Shown in pieces: positions 21,856 to 31,743 of a stretch of DNA of 64,000 nt (position 1 is the first letter of the stretch; each line of letters begins with the position of its first letter). Origin of the DNA: Acidobacteriota bacterium (GTDB lineage Bacteria; Acidobacteriota; UBA6911; RPQK01; JAJDTT01); contig CBDCJH010000002.1 of NCBI GenBank assembly GCA_965217775.1, positions 3,328,001 through 3,392,000 of the forward strand. The letters run 5' to 3'. The notes below the pieces were generated by a model. It was not told the origin of the DNA, made no database searches, and saw only the letters and a list, made by a program, of their open reading frames with translations. The position numbers were made by a program, and so were the translations under genes.

Positions 21856-23148
21856 GTGAGAGCCGAAATTCAAAAGAAAGCATACTTTGGTCTAAAGTCC
21901 AGGGCGACGACTGATACCATTCGAGCAGTTGTGAACTTTCTCCTTCCAACTACCGTTGCCTGTTTACTGGTCACCGGCATGGGTCTTGCCCTGCTGGGCA
22001 GCGTGAAACTGGCGCTCGCGCAGAAGCTCCGGATCGACGAGGCCCAGGTCGGCGGGTTGGTGTCGCTTTTCGGGTTCACCATGATTCCGGTGATCCTCAC
22101 AACCGGCTTTCTGACCGATCTGATGGGGCGGCAGGTGATCCTGATCGGCGGGACCATCCTGATGGCTCTCGGCCTGCTGGTGCTGGCAGCCTCGCGCCGC
22201 TACGCCACAGCCCTGGTTTCGGTGCTCCTGCTCAGTGCCGCCTGGGCGGCGCAGATCAACGTGATCAATGTGCTGGTGCCTCACGTGCTGCAGCCTCCCG
22301 CCTTTCTCTCCGGGGATATTCCGGCGATCTCGTTTGCCACGAACCTGGGGAACGTGTTCTTCGGCCTGGGTGCATTCCTGACTCCGCTGACGGTTTCCTG
22401 GGCGTCTAGCCGCCTCGGACTCGCTTCGGGCCTGCGGCTGCTGGCCGGACTGCTGGTCCTCCAGGCGGTGATGGCAGGGTTGTCCGAGTTTCCCGCGGCG
22501 ATGTCGGCGGGAGAGGGAGGCAGCGTCATGAGCTCGGAGACCTGGTCGCTGCTGGGCGATCCGATCATGTGGCTCTGCGCCATGGCGTTGTTCTTTCATG
22601 GTCCGCTGGAGGCGGCGATGGGTGCCTGGACCACCACCTTCCTGGGCAACAGAGGGGTTCCCGAGGCCAGGGCGGCGACCCTGCTGTCGGCCTTCTGGCT
22701 GGCCTTCATGGCGTCGCGCCTGTTCACCGCATTCGTGCTGGGTCCGTCTACCGCGCGAGTCGTCTCCGGACTGGGACTGGAAACCCGGAGCGAAGCGGTG
22801 CTGATCCTGGTCCTGGCATTGGGCTGTGTGGGGGTCACCTCGGGCGTGGTCTGGTGTCGGACCCAGCGGACGGCGATCGCTCTCGTCATCGCGGCGGGCC
22901 TGGTCTTCGGTCCGATCTTTCCCTCGATCATGGCGATTCTGCTAGGTCATTTCCCGGGGCCGGTGCAGGGACGCGCGGTCGGATTGTTGTTCGCCATCGG
23001 CGGCCTGGGCTGGACCTTTATTCCCATGTCGATCGGTACCTATGCACAGCGGACGAACGTGCAGAGGGGTTTCCTGATCGCGGTCGGGTCGGCGGTCGCC
23101 CTGTTCCTGGTGGCTGGGCTCCTGACCCTGACGGCCACCACGGGCTGA
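21856..23148 (+). CDS. MFS transporter (sugar/fucose permease-like)
   Basis: About 12 hydrophobic segments, GFLTDLMGRQ motif A, GPIFPS; start may be the GTG at 21931. Confidence 0.85.
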   Translation: MRAEIQKKAYFGLKSRATTDTIRAVVNFLLPTTVACLLVTGMGLALLGSVKLALAQKLRIDEAQVGGLVSLFGFTMIPVILTTGFLTDLMGRQVILIGGTILMALGLLVLAASRRYATALVSVLLLSAAWAAQINVINVLVPHVLQPPAFLSGDIPAISFATNLGNVFFGLGAFLTPLTVSWASSRLGLASGLRLLAGLLVLQAVMAGLSEFPAAMSAGEGGSVMSSETWSLLGDPIMWLCAMALFFHGPLEAAMGAWTTTFLGNRGVPEARAATLLSAFWLAFMASRLFTAFVLGPSTARVVSGLGLETRSEAVLILVLALGCVGVTSGVVWCRTQRTAIALVIAAGLVFGPIFPSIMAILLGHFPGPVQGRAVGLLFAIGGLGWTFIPMSIGTYAQRTNVQRGFLIAVGSAVALFLVAGLLTLTATTG

Positions 23149-23395
23149 GTACGAAGCTCGATCCCGCCCGATCTGATCCCAGCTTTACCTATGAAGGATC
23201 GCAAGCGATTGACGGGCGTCCGTTACGGTGCGAAGCTGCGGAATAGGCGAGGGCTCTCGGATGCCTACCCTCCGAGGCGGAGAGGATTGTGCGGTTGTCC
23301 GACTCCATCCAGCACGCACGGATTCAATAACGGTCCGACTCTCTTGCCGGAACCTACGGACCGGATCACTTCGGGGTGAAGTGGAGAATTCCACT

Positions 23396-24550
23396 ATGAG
23401 ACCCACAACCCATTTTTTCTGGACCGCCGCGGTGCTTCTAGCCTCTCTTTCGGCGTCGAGCGCCCAACCCTTGATCGACCATGTCGATGTCTTCGCCTCC
23501 GGGAGCGAGGGCTATCACACCTTCCGGATTCCAGCGATCGTGCGAGCGCCGGACGGTTCGCTACTGGCCTTCGCGGAGGGTCGCAAGGAGAATCGCCGCG
23601 ACCCCGGAGGAGGCGACATCGATCTGGTCTACAAGCGAAGCAAGGATCGCGGCGCCAGTTGGTCCCCGCTAAAGATCGTGGACGACCCCGGCGTGGGGTG
23701 GAGCGCTTCCAACCCGACCCCCGTCATCGAGCGGAACAGCAGCCGTATTCTGATTGTCTACAACCGTTGGGAGCCGGGCTTCGGAACCGCCCTTTCCCGG
23801 CCCGGGACCGACAACAACCAGGCGTGGTTCCGGTACAGCGACGACCACGGCGGCAACTGGTCGGAACCTCGGGAGATCACCCGGGAGGCGAGGGATCATG
23901 AGGACTGGGGAGCCATGTTCCTGGGTCCCGGAGGGGCGATCCAGACGCGCAGCGGTCGGCTGCTGGTTCCCGCCGCGGCCAAGATCGGAACGGCCTTCTC
24001 GATCCTGGTGTCCGCCGACCAGGAACCTCGGACCGCCACCTACATGCGCGCCTACGTCCTGTTCAGCGACGACCGGGGCGAAACCTGGAGCCGAGGAGAA
24101 TTGGTCGACGCTCTCACGGACGAGAATCAATTGGTCGAACTGGCCGACGGGACCATCTTGATGGACGCCCGGCAGAGCCGCGGCGGCCGGCGCTGGGTTG
24201 CGATCAGCGGCGACGGAGGAAGCACCTGGTCCCGGCCGCGACCTGGACAAGAAGTCACCAGGGTCGCCACGGCCATCGAACGCTACAGCCTGCACTCCGC
24301 GGGCGCCGGACGGAATCGAATCCTGTGGACGGGCCCCAAGGGACCCGGCCGCCTCAACCTCGTTCTACGGGTCAGCGACGATGAAGGGCAGACCTTCGGC
24401 CGGGAGAAACTCCTCTACGGAGGATTCTCAGCCTACTCCGACCTGGAGATGTTGGATGACGGGTCGGTCGGGGTATTGTGGGAGAGAGGGCTCAGTGCGA
24501 GCTACCAATTCATCACCTTCACCCGATTCCGCCTGGAAGCCCTGGAGTGA
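23396..24550 (+). CDS. GH33 sialidase-family protein
   Basis: FRIP, five Asp-boxes, ENQ, DAR, SAYSDL. Confidence 0.88.
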   Translation: MRPTTHFFWTAAVLLASLSASSAQPLIDHVDVFASGSEGYHTFRIPAIVRAPDGSLLAFAEGRKENRRDPGGGDIDLVYKRSKDRGASWSPLKIVDDPGVGWSASNPTPVIERNSSRILIVYNRWEPGFGTALSRPGTDNNQAWFRYSDDHGGNWSEPREITREARDHEDWGAMFLGPGGAIQTRSGRLLVPAAAKIGTAFSILVSADQEPRTATYMRAYVLFSDDRGETWSRGELVDALTDENQLVELADGTILMDARQSRGGRRWVAISGDGGSTWSRPRPGQEVTRVATAIERYSLHSAGAGRNRILWTGPKGPGRLNLVLRVSDDEGQTFGREKLLYGGFSAYSDLEMLDDGSVGVLWERGLSASYQFITFTRFRLEALE

Positions 24551-24571
24551 GGACGGACCTCACGGGGCCAC

Positions 24572-26218
24572 ATGACTCTCCCCCTCCGTGAGGACGCCGC
24601 CCCGGCGGCGCGGGCCGTAAAAACCGCTGCCCCGAGTTGGCATGCCATGAAGCCGATGGATCTGAAAGGCTCTATGGAACTGGCCGGCCGAAACTTGGTG
24701 GCGAACCTCTGTCCTACGCGCAACTACCTCCCCTATTGGGCGATCGAAATCGACTCCGGTTATGGAGCCTGGGCGCGCTTCACCTGGCCCCAGCACAACG
24801 TCGGCCGATGGTGGGATGCGATGCTGCGGCTGGAGGCCGCGACCGGATTCCGGATTCCGCCCGATCGGGAAGCCGCCATGTTGGGCAATCTGCACTCCTT
24901 TTTCGACAACCCCGATCACTTCTGCCTCGCTCCTCGCCATTTCGAGGGGCCCGGACTGGAGCTCCACTCCCTGAGAGAGGGTCTGCAGGCCCTGGTCGCG
25001 CTGGCGCGCCACCGGAACAGCCGTTGGGCGGAGCGGAAGGGCCGGCTGATGATCGAATCCCTCCTGCGGGTATCCGACGGGAAGGGAGGTTGGAAGCTCC
25101 AGGAGATCGACTCTGCCCGGCATTTCGACAAAGGGTATTACCAGAAGGTCAAGCCGGTGAGCAGTAGCACGGACGGACGGTTGATCGAGGCCCTGGTCTG
25201 GTTCTATCAGTCCACGCACGATCCCCTGGCGCTGGCTGCGGCCCGGCGCTTTGCCAAGTACCACCTTCCGCACACGACCCATCCTGACGGCCGCCTGAAC
25301 CTCGCTTCGGGATCGAATCACACCCATTCGTATTTCGGGACGCTCCGGGGTTTGCTTCTCTACGGCGAACTCACGGATCAGCACGGGTACGTCGATGCGG
25401 TAGAGTCGACATATCGGAGGACGGTTCGCACGATGGTCAAGAGATCGGGATTCATCTCCCACGACCTGGGAATGGACAACCGGGGAGAGACGGCTTCCCC
25501 TGGCGACGCCGCTCAACTGGCTCTGTGGCTGGCAACCCGGCACGGCTTCACGGAGTACCTCGACGATGTGGAGCGGATCGTCCGAGCACGGATCCTCCCT
25601 TCACAGGTCACAGAGACGCCGCCACTCCATCCCTCATCGGACGGGGACGGGGACGGGGACGGCGACGAATACCGGAATCTCCGGGCCCGTGTCCTGGGAG
25701 CCTACGGGGGCATGCACCTGGAACCCCATTCCGGCACCAAACCCACCACCGATGTCACGGCAGCCTGCCTCCACACTCTTGCGGACATCTATCACCACGT
25801 CCTCTTGAGGGGCGATTCCGGACTGAAGATCCTGCTGCACCTGGACTACGAAGATTCGAGAGCCCGAATCCGATCCCGGAGAGGAGAGAGAACGGGCCGC
25901 CTGACGGTGCTGCCCCGAATCCGGGAGAATGTCCTGATCCGTATCCCTCGATGGACGCCCCTGAGTTCGGTCCGTCTCAGGGTACGCGGCGCTCCGCTCG
26001 ACCCGAAAATCTATGGAGACTTCGTCCTCATCGCCGGGAATCTCATGCCGGCGGAAATCACCCTCGAATACGGCCTGCCCGTGACCCGGGAGGTCGAACG
26101 GACGACCGGTGTGGATTACCATTTGATGTGGCGGGGCGACGAAGTCATCGGGATCACGCCCAACAACCGCTTCTATCCCTTCTACCCGGACTATCCTGGT
26201 GAGACGGAAACAGAATGA
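24572..26218 (+). CDS. Hypothetical protein, possibly a GH127/GH146-like (alpha/alpha)6 fold
   Basis: Long ORF with typical codon usage; GRWWDA, HTHS, YLDDVERIVR, IRIPRW recall GH127-like proteins. Confidence 0.55.
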   Translation: MTLPLREDAAPAARAVKTAAPSWHAMKPMDLKGSMELAGRNLVANLCPTRNYLPYWAIEIDSGYGAWARFTWPQHNVGRWWDAMLRLEAATGFRIPPDREAAMLGNLHSFFDNPDHFCLAPRHFEGPGLELHSLREGLQALVALARHRNSRWAERKGRLMIESLLRVSDGKGGWKLQEIDSARHFDKGYYQKVKPVSSSTDGRLIEALVWFYQSTHDPLALAAARRFAKYHLPHTTHPDGRLNLASGSNHTHSYFGTLRGLLLYGELTDQHGYVDAVESTYRRTVRTMVKRSGFISHDLGMDNRGETASPGDAAQLALWLATRHGFTEYLDDVERIVRARILPSQVTETPPLHPSSDGDGDGDGDEYRNLRARVLGAYGGMHLEPHSGTKPTTDVTAACLHTLADIYHHVLLRGDSGLKILLHLDYEDSRARIRSRRGERTGRLTVLPRIRENVLIRIPRWTPLSSVRLRVRGAPLDPKIYGDFVLIAGNLMPAEITLEYGLPVTREVERTTGVDYHLMWRGDEVIGITPNNRFYPFYPDYPGETETE

Positions 26219-26365
26219 ATCGATCCGCGGTGCCCTAAGCCGACGGGGCTCACCCGCGGCTCCGTCTGGAACCGGAAAGACCCCGCTCCGCTTGCTGAGC
26301 GAAGCTGGCCGTCCGGTTTCCATGAGGCGACCTGGATCCAACCTGCCTGGAAAGGAGGAGTAGCC

Positions 26366-28696
26366 GTGCGACTCTGGACCTGTTTCGTTATTGCCCTGAT
26401 GGGAGTGAGTCATCCGGCCGTCGCGGCGGTCTCGCTGGAGCGAGCGCCGCAGCGCGACGAGGAAACCTTGCTGTACCTACCTTTGGACGAGCCGGACGAA
26501 GCGATCCTCATCGGCGACCGGCTCGCCATCGATCCCGTGTACCTGAGGATGGAGGCCAAGTACAAACGGGGCCGTTTCGGCGGGGCTCTGAAGTTCACGG
26601 GCCGGCCGGGGCTGCGCCAGTGCATGCTGGTATCGCTGCCCCAACGGTTCCACAGTGAGCGCCACGGCAGCCGTAAGCCCACGGTCATCGCCCGGATGGG
26701 CGACCGGGCTCAGGTGGTGGTCGACGTGCCCGAAGTGCTCACGGACATGGAACGAAGTTTCACCATCGAGTTTTGGGTGTTCCCGCAAGTGCTTCAGAAT
26801 CAGACCATCGTTTCAGGGGTGAACACCGCCACCTGGGTTCCGGAGGCCTCCTGGCAGGTGGACCTGGCCGCCGACGGGAGGCTGCGCTATGCCTGCGGCT
26901 CGGGACTGCATCGCTTCGAGATGTTCAGCGACCGCCCGGTCCACATCGGCCAGTGGACGCACGTCGCGGTGGTCTGCGACACGGGCGTCTTCAGGATCTA
27001 TCTCAACGGAAGCCCGGAGAGTGGCATGCAACGGATGAAGACGGCCAGAACCCAGGGCGTCACGCAACCGGGCAGTGACGGGACGATCCTCTGCGTGGGC
27101 GGACCGGGTCCCGATGCCCTGGCCGGTTTCTTCGACGGTCTGGTCGACGAGCTGCGTTTCTCCACGGTTCCCCGGTCCTTCGATCCGGATCCGGCCGTTC
27201 TGATCCGAAACCGAAAGGAACTCTTCCTGGACGACGATCTGATCGCGGGCATGAGGGGCGTCCGTCGAGTCGTCAACCAGCCGGAACGATACGAGGGCAA
27301 TCCGCTGCTGGAGCCGAGAGGGGAATGGGAGGGGCGTTCCCTTCAGGAGCTGGGGCTCATCTACGACCATCGGCTGGGGCTGTTTCGCACCTGGTATCGC
27401 GCCATGGACAGCGCGGATACCGAGGCCAGCATGTGCTATGCCTTCAGCCGCGACGGCCTGCACTGGGAACAGCCGGAACTGGGTCTGGAAGAATATGGCG
27501 GCTCCACCCGTAACAACATCGTGGCTCGGAAGCGGTTTTTCTTCGTGTTCCTCGACCCGCTGGCCCGTCCTGGCGAGGGCAGAATCTGCGCCACGCACAA
27601 ATTGAAATACGGGGGGAACCGAGGTCCCTTCAAACAGATACTGATGCGCTCCCCCGACGGTTTGCAGTGGCCCAGTGACGAGGTGACCAACATGAGCGGC
27701 TACTACAGTTGGGGCGCCAGGCGCTACCGCCGGATGGAAACGATCATGGGGGTGGACAGACCGATTCCCTACGCTCCCGTCTATTTCGGCAAGATCGACA
27801 AGTTGACCATCATTGAAAAGGAGGGGGAGGGGCTGAAGTCCCTGCAGTTCGCGCGCATCGGCTGGGATCTGACCCATTGGCAGAACCCGTATCTGACCGA
27901 CTTGGCGCAGACCGAAAAGAACAATCGAGGCTGGTACGGGATCAAGACCCGCGATGAGGAGAGCGTCCTGGTGGGAATTGCCGACGCCTACCATGCCGAG
28001 GACTTGGGCCCCGAGGGCAGGAAACGCTGGCGAACCATGGGACCCGACTGCTACAAGCGGGAGGAGAGCCGATGGGTGGATTTTCAACTGATCAGCTCGC
28101 GTGACGGCTACCACTGGCGGCACGTTGCCGATCAGGCCACCTTTATGCCGGTGGGAACCGAGGGAACCTGGGACGAAGGGTCGCTCTACTACGCGCAGGT
28201 GGTGGAACCGCCCGGCTCCGACAAGCTCTACATCTATTACGAGGGCTACAAGGTCCGCCACGACTTCTCCGATCAGGGTGGCCAGGAATGGTTCGCGGAG
28301 CACAGGCATCCCGTCTGCAATCTCGGCGTCGCCTTCCTGCGCAAAGACGGCTACGTCAGTCTGGAAGCCGACGGTTCCGGAACCGTGGGGATCGTCGAAA
28401 CCAAGCCGATCCGATTTTCCGGCCGGCACCTGTTCGTGAACGCGGATGCCTCGGGAGGCGCAATCCAGGTGGAGCTGTGTAATGCGGCGGGCGAGCCCCT
28501 GCGCGGCTTCAGCCGCGAAGAGGTCACGCCGCTGACCACGGACGATCTGCGGCATCGGGTCGAATGGGGCGCAACCGCGGACCTGTCGGGCCTGGCCGGC
28601 AAGGCGGTGGTGTTGAGGTTCCACCTGGAGGGGAATGCCCGCCTCTACTCCTATCGTTTCGGAGATCCCGACCCCCATTCTCGCGGGTCCGACTGA
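26366..28696 (+). CDS. Secreted LamG-like domain + beta-propeller GH-like protein
   Basis: Colinear paralog of 4789-7098 (GRPGLRQC, LCVGGPGPDA, ARIGWDLTHWQ). Confidence 0.82.
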   Translation: MRLWTCFVIALMGVSHPAVAAVSLERAPQRDEETLLYLPLDEPDEAILIGDRLAIDPVYLRMEAKYKRGRFGGALKFTGRPGLRQCMLVSLPQRFHSERHGSRKPTVIARMGDRAQVVVDVPEVLTDMERSFTIEFWVFPQVLQNQTIVSGVNTATWVPEASWQVDLAADGRLRYACGSGLHRFEMFSDRPVHIGQWTHVAVVCDTGVFRIYLNGSPESGMQRMKTARTQGVTQPGSDGTILCVGGPGPDALAGFFDGLVDELRFSTVPRSFDPDPAVLIRNRKELFLDDDLIAGMRGVRRVVNQPERYEGNPLLEPRGEWEGRSLQELGLIYDHRLGLFRTWYRAMDSADTEASMCYAFSRDGLHWEQPELGLEEYGGSTRNNIVARKRFFFVFLDPLARPGEGRICATHKLKYGGNRGPFKQILMRSPDGLQWPSDEVTNMSGYYSWGARRYRRMETIMGVDRPIPYAPVYFGKIDKLTIIEKEGEGLKSLQFARIGWDLTHWQNPYLTDLAQTEKNNRGWYGIKTRDEESVLVGIADAYHAEDLGPEGRKRWRTMGPDCYKREESRWVDFQLISSRDGYHWRHVADQATFMPVGTEGTWDEGSLYYAQVVEPPGSDKLYIYYEGYKVRHDFSDQGGQEWFAEHRHPVCNLGVAFLRKDGYVSLEADGSGTVGIVETKPIRFSGRHLFVNADASGGAIQVELCNAAGEPLRGFSREEVTPLTTDDLRHRVEWGATADLSGLAGKAVVLRFHLEGNARLYSYRFGDPDPHSRGSD

Positions 28697-28770
28697 GAGG
28701 GGGGAGGGGCCTGAGTCGCGCCAGACGGGAGGCCAGGAGGCGGGCCACCGCCCACAATGGGGGATCGGCG

Positions 28771-30402
28771 CTACTCCTCCAGGAATCGGAAGGCGAAAAG
28801 ACGGGAGTTCTTCAGGTAGAACTTGAGCTTGATGACTTGACCCTCCAATCCGCTCAGTTCGCTACGGCCGTTCCAAGCGGCGATCCCGGTTCGCGTCAGG
28901 GGATCCGAGTCCTGAAACGTGTGTCCCCGGACCCGGAAGTAATCTCCAGCCAGGATCTCCACCCGGACCTCCCCGGAGCCGGTCTTCGGCCCCTTCGCCA
29001 GGTTGACCTCGAGACGCTTGCCGGAGAAGGAAAAGGCCCGCGTGATCACCTGCGCGTAGCCCTCGGCGCCATCCGTCCGGGCGGCGTCTTCGATCGAGCC
29101 CAACGCCTTGGCGTTGAAGCCGGCTCCCGCTTCGGTCGCTCCCGGCTCCAGGGAGACGAAACCGTCCATCGGAATCGTGGCCACTCCCATGGCGCCCATG
29201 GGTCCGGGGCCGCCGACCTCGCGAAAGAGACGATCCCGGAAGTTGGTGCCGTGGTAGAAGATGAAGAAACGATCCCCATGGAGAATGGGTTGCTGGGCGT
29301 AGATGGTCACGGAATCCCAGGCCGGCTCCTCTCCCAGCCGAATGAAGGGCTCCCGGTAGCGCCTGTCCCAGTGAATCCCGTCACGGCTGAAGACGAACTG
29401 GGGCCATATGTAGAGCGGGTCCTCGGGAGTCCTCCGGCCGGGACGATAGTTCCAGAGCATCCCCAGGTAGAGGCCTTCATGGGTGGTGGCCCACATGCTG
29501 TAGAAATGCAGCCCTGCCGGGTCCCGGTCGTCGGGGACGATAATGGTCTGGGGATCGGACCAGTGAATCAGGTCCCGGCTTTCGGCTCTCCCGATCAGCC
29601 GCATCCGCAGCCCGCAGCGCTTATGCTGGCAGTTCTCCATGTGCATGGCATAGACCTGACGGATCGGATCCCAACCGACGGTGGCCGTCGGTCCCCACAG
29701 ATAGCTCTGGTACCCTCTCCGCCTGGCCCAGGGTTCGCCTTCGGGATTAACCTTGGCAGGTCCCGAGGGACGAATTACGGGGTTGCCCGGGTGGGGCACC
29801 CAGTTGAAGGCGTCGGCCGAGTAGTAGAGGTTCCAAACCCGGGTCCTCTTGACCTCCAACTGTCCGGGGACGGTCCCTTCGGCTGCCACCTGGGCCAGCG
29901 CCTTGTAGCGGCGTGAGGGGTCCTGCTCGCGGGGATCGACGAAGATGCCGCCTTTGATGGAAGGCCAGTTCGCGGGCGCCAGGATGTTGTTGTCCCGGGA
30001 ACCCCGGAACTCCACGAAACCCAGCGAGGGCTTTTCCCACCGGTAACCGTCCCGGGATTCGGCGTACAGGAATTTCCGGTCCTTGCCGTTGGGTTTTCCA
30101 TCTTCGTCGGCGTACAGGACACTCGAGGTGTACCACATGCGAAACCGTTGGCGGGCGTCATCGTAGAAAACGGTCCCGTAGTGCAGAGACTGCCCCTCCC
30201 AGGGACGGTCCTGGCGGATGACCGGGTTTCCTTCATGCTTCCGGGCGGTATGGAATACGCGACGGGCGCCCACCAGAGCCTCGACCAGGTATTCGTCCAG
30301 AAACATCTGCTTCTGGGAACCGATGTGGATGAGCCCGGGAGGACCGGCCTGCACCGCACCGCCCAGCCAGACGTAGAGCGCCAATAAGAATCGACCCTGC
30401 AT
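28771..30402 (-). CDS. Uncharacterised beta-propeller GH-like family protein
   Basis: IGSQKQMFLD, YAESRDGYRWEKP, SRDGIHW, DGFVSL, LKFYLKNSRLFAFRF; closest to 37306. Confidence 0.8.
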   Translation of the reverse strand: MQGRFLLALYVWLGGAVQAGPPGLIHIGSQKQMFLDEYLVEALVGARRVFHTARKHEGNPVIRQDRPWEGQSLHYGTVFYDDARQRFRMWYTSSVLYADEDGKPNGKDRKFLYAESRDGYRWEKPSLGFVEFRGSRDNNILAPANWPSIKGGIFVDPREQDPSRRYKALAQVAAEGTVPGQLEVKRTRVWNLYYSADAFNWVPHPGNPVIRPSGPAKVNPEGEPWARRRGYQSYLWGPTATVGWDPIRQVYAMHMENCQHKRCGLRMRLIGRAESRDLIHWSDPQTIIVPDDRDPAGLHFYSMWATTHEGLYLGMLWNYRPGRRTPEDPLYIWPQFVFSRDGIHWDRRYREPFIRLGEEPAWDSVTIYAQQPILHGDRFFIFYHGTNFRDRLFREVGGPGPMGAMGVATIPMDGFVSLEPGATEAGAGFNAKALGSIEDAARTDGAEGYAQVITRAFSFSGKRLEVNLAKGPKTGSGEVRVEILAGDYFRVRGHTFQDSDPLTRTGIAAWNGRSELSGLEGQVIKLKFYLKNSRLFAFRFLEE

Positions 30403-30504
30403 TGTTGGCTCCTTTCGAGTCTGGTTGCAGTGTCCGGATGCGGACTTCAGGAGGTTGGTGTTCCCACCCGTAATGGTAGGATAGCAGGAACCAGAGCCTC
30501 TGAC

Positions 30505-30692
30505 ACCCGGGATGAAGGACCCTCTACTGCCGCTCTCGCCTTGACGCCGAACGCGTCAGGACTGGGGTATGGACAGCCCCGGCAAGACGGACGAGCCCAT
30601 CGTCATAGCCGATAACCGGACCATTGACCCGGCTTACGTCCGTATGGAGGCCAAGTACAAGCAGGGGAGATTCGGCGGAGCGCTGAAACACG
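30505..30692 (+). pseudogene. N-terminal remnant of a third LamG/beta-propeller paralog
   Basis: Encodes DEPIVIADNRTIDPAYVRMEAKYKQGRFGGALK, matching the N-termini of 4789 and 26366. Confidence 0.7.
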
Positions 30693-30721
30693 TTGTTCGT
30701 CCGGGTAGGAGAGGAGGCATT

Positions 30722-31552
30722 ATGAAGCCCGCAAGTGTGGTTCTGATCGCGGTTCTGGTCGTCCTTCCTGCGCCGGCGTGGGGCGAGGGCGGCGATATGA
30801 GGATCGAAGACCTGCTCGAGAAACATCTGGGCTTTCTCACCGATGGCAAGGCCCCGTCGTCCGTCAACAATCGGCTGTTGTTGGGAACCTGTTCCTTCCG
30901 GGTGTTGATCGGCCGAAGTGCAAGCCTCTCGGGACCGGTCAACTTCCTCTCCCAAGGGAACAAGGTCAGACTGCTGGTCCGATTCAATGATTCCGGCTAC
31001 CGCGGCGAGAACATCATCCATGACGGCAAGAGTGTCCGTGTCGACCAGATCAGTCCCGGTGCCCGATCCCAGCTCGGCGATTTCTTCTATCGCTTCGAGG
31101 AGGTGGTCCGGGAAGGACTGGTTGGAGGGGTGCTCTCCACCGCTTGGCCTCTACTCGACCTCAAGCGGCGCCAGGCGAAGCTGGAGTACGAAGGACTCAA
31201 GAAGATCGAGGGCCAGGAGCTGCATGGGGTAACGTACCACGCGAAACGGCCGGGGGAGGCTCGGGTCCATCTCTATTTCGACCCCGAGTCGTACGGTCAC
31301 ATGTTGACGATCTACCGGGTGATGGTGTCGCGGTCCGGGAGCGTGGCCATCCGCACCACGCGAGACCGGTTCACTTTGGAGGAGCGGTTCGGGGACTTCC
31401 GCGCTCTGGATGGGTGGGCTCTGCCCAGCCAATGGAGCCTGAAGCTCACCCTTCAAACCGATCGCGGCAACTCGGTTTCGGAGTGGAGCATGGCGATTGA
31501 CAATGCCTCCCACAACCAACAGATGAACCCCCAGTATTTCAAGCTGAAATGA
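30722..31552 (+). CDS. Secreted hypothetical protein (LolA/lipoprotein-sorting-like fold possible)
   Basis: GGAGG RBS, signal peptide, beta-rich; 'LYFDPESY' and 'FGDFRALDG..LP'. Confidence 0.65.
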   Translation: MKPASVVLIAVLVVLPAPAWGEGGDMRIEDLLEKHLGFLTDGKAPSSVNNRLLLGTCSFRVLIGRSASLSGPVNFLSQGNKVRLLVRFNDSGYRGENIIHDGKSVRVDQISPGARSQLGDFFYRFEEVVREGLVGGVLSTAWPLLDLKRRQAKLEYEGLKKIEGQELHGVTYHAKRPGEARVHLYFDPESYGHMLTIYRVMVSRSGSVAIRTTRDRFTLEERFGDFRALDGWALPSQWSLKLTLQTDRGNSVSEWSMAIDNASHNQQMNPQYFKLK

Positions 31553-31667
31553 GGGATGCCGGCCGGCCGGGAGGTTCGAGCCGCCGGCCGCAGCGGGACC
31601 TGACGGCCCTCGACAGCCGAAGGTATCCCGTCCTGAAATCCGGTCTACGGCCGGGATGCAGCAAGAC

Positions 31668-31713
31668 AGAAAGGGGTGGCGCCGAACCAGGTCGTTCAGC
31701 GCCACCCCTTTCT
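31668..31713. terminator. Probable bidirectional intrinsic terminator
   Basis: AGAAAGGGGTGGCG..CGCCACCCCTTTCT hairpin between convergent genes. Confidence 0.7.
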
Positions 31714-31743
31714 AATCGTCTCCCTCTGTTGAGGCCAGGAGAT

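Noticed and set aside
25640-25666. GACGGG tandem hexamer (DGDGDGD)
   Set aside because: In-frame low-complexity loop; cannot cause phase variation by frameshift.
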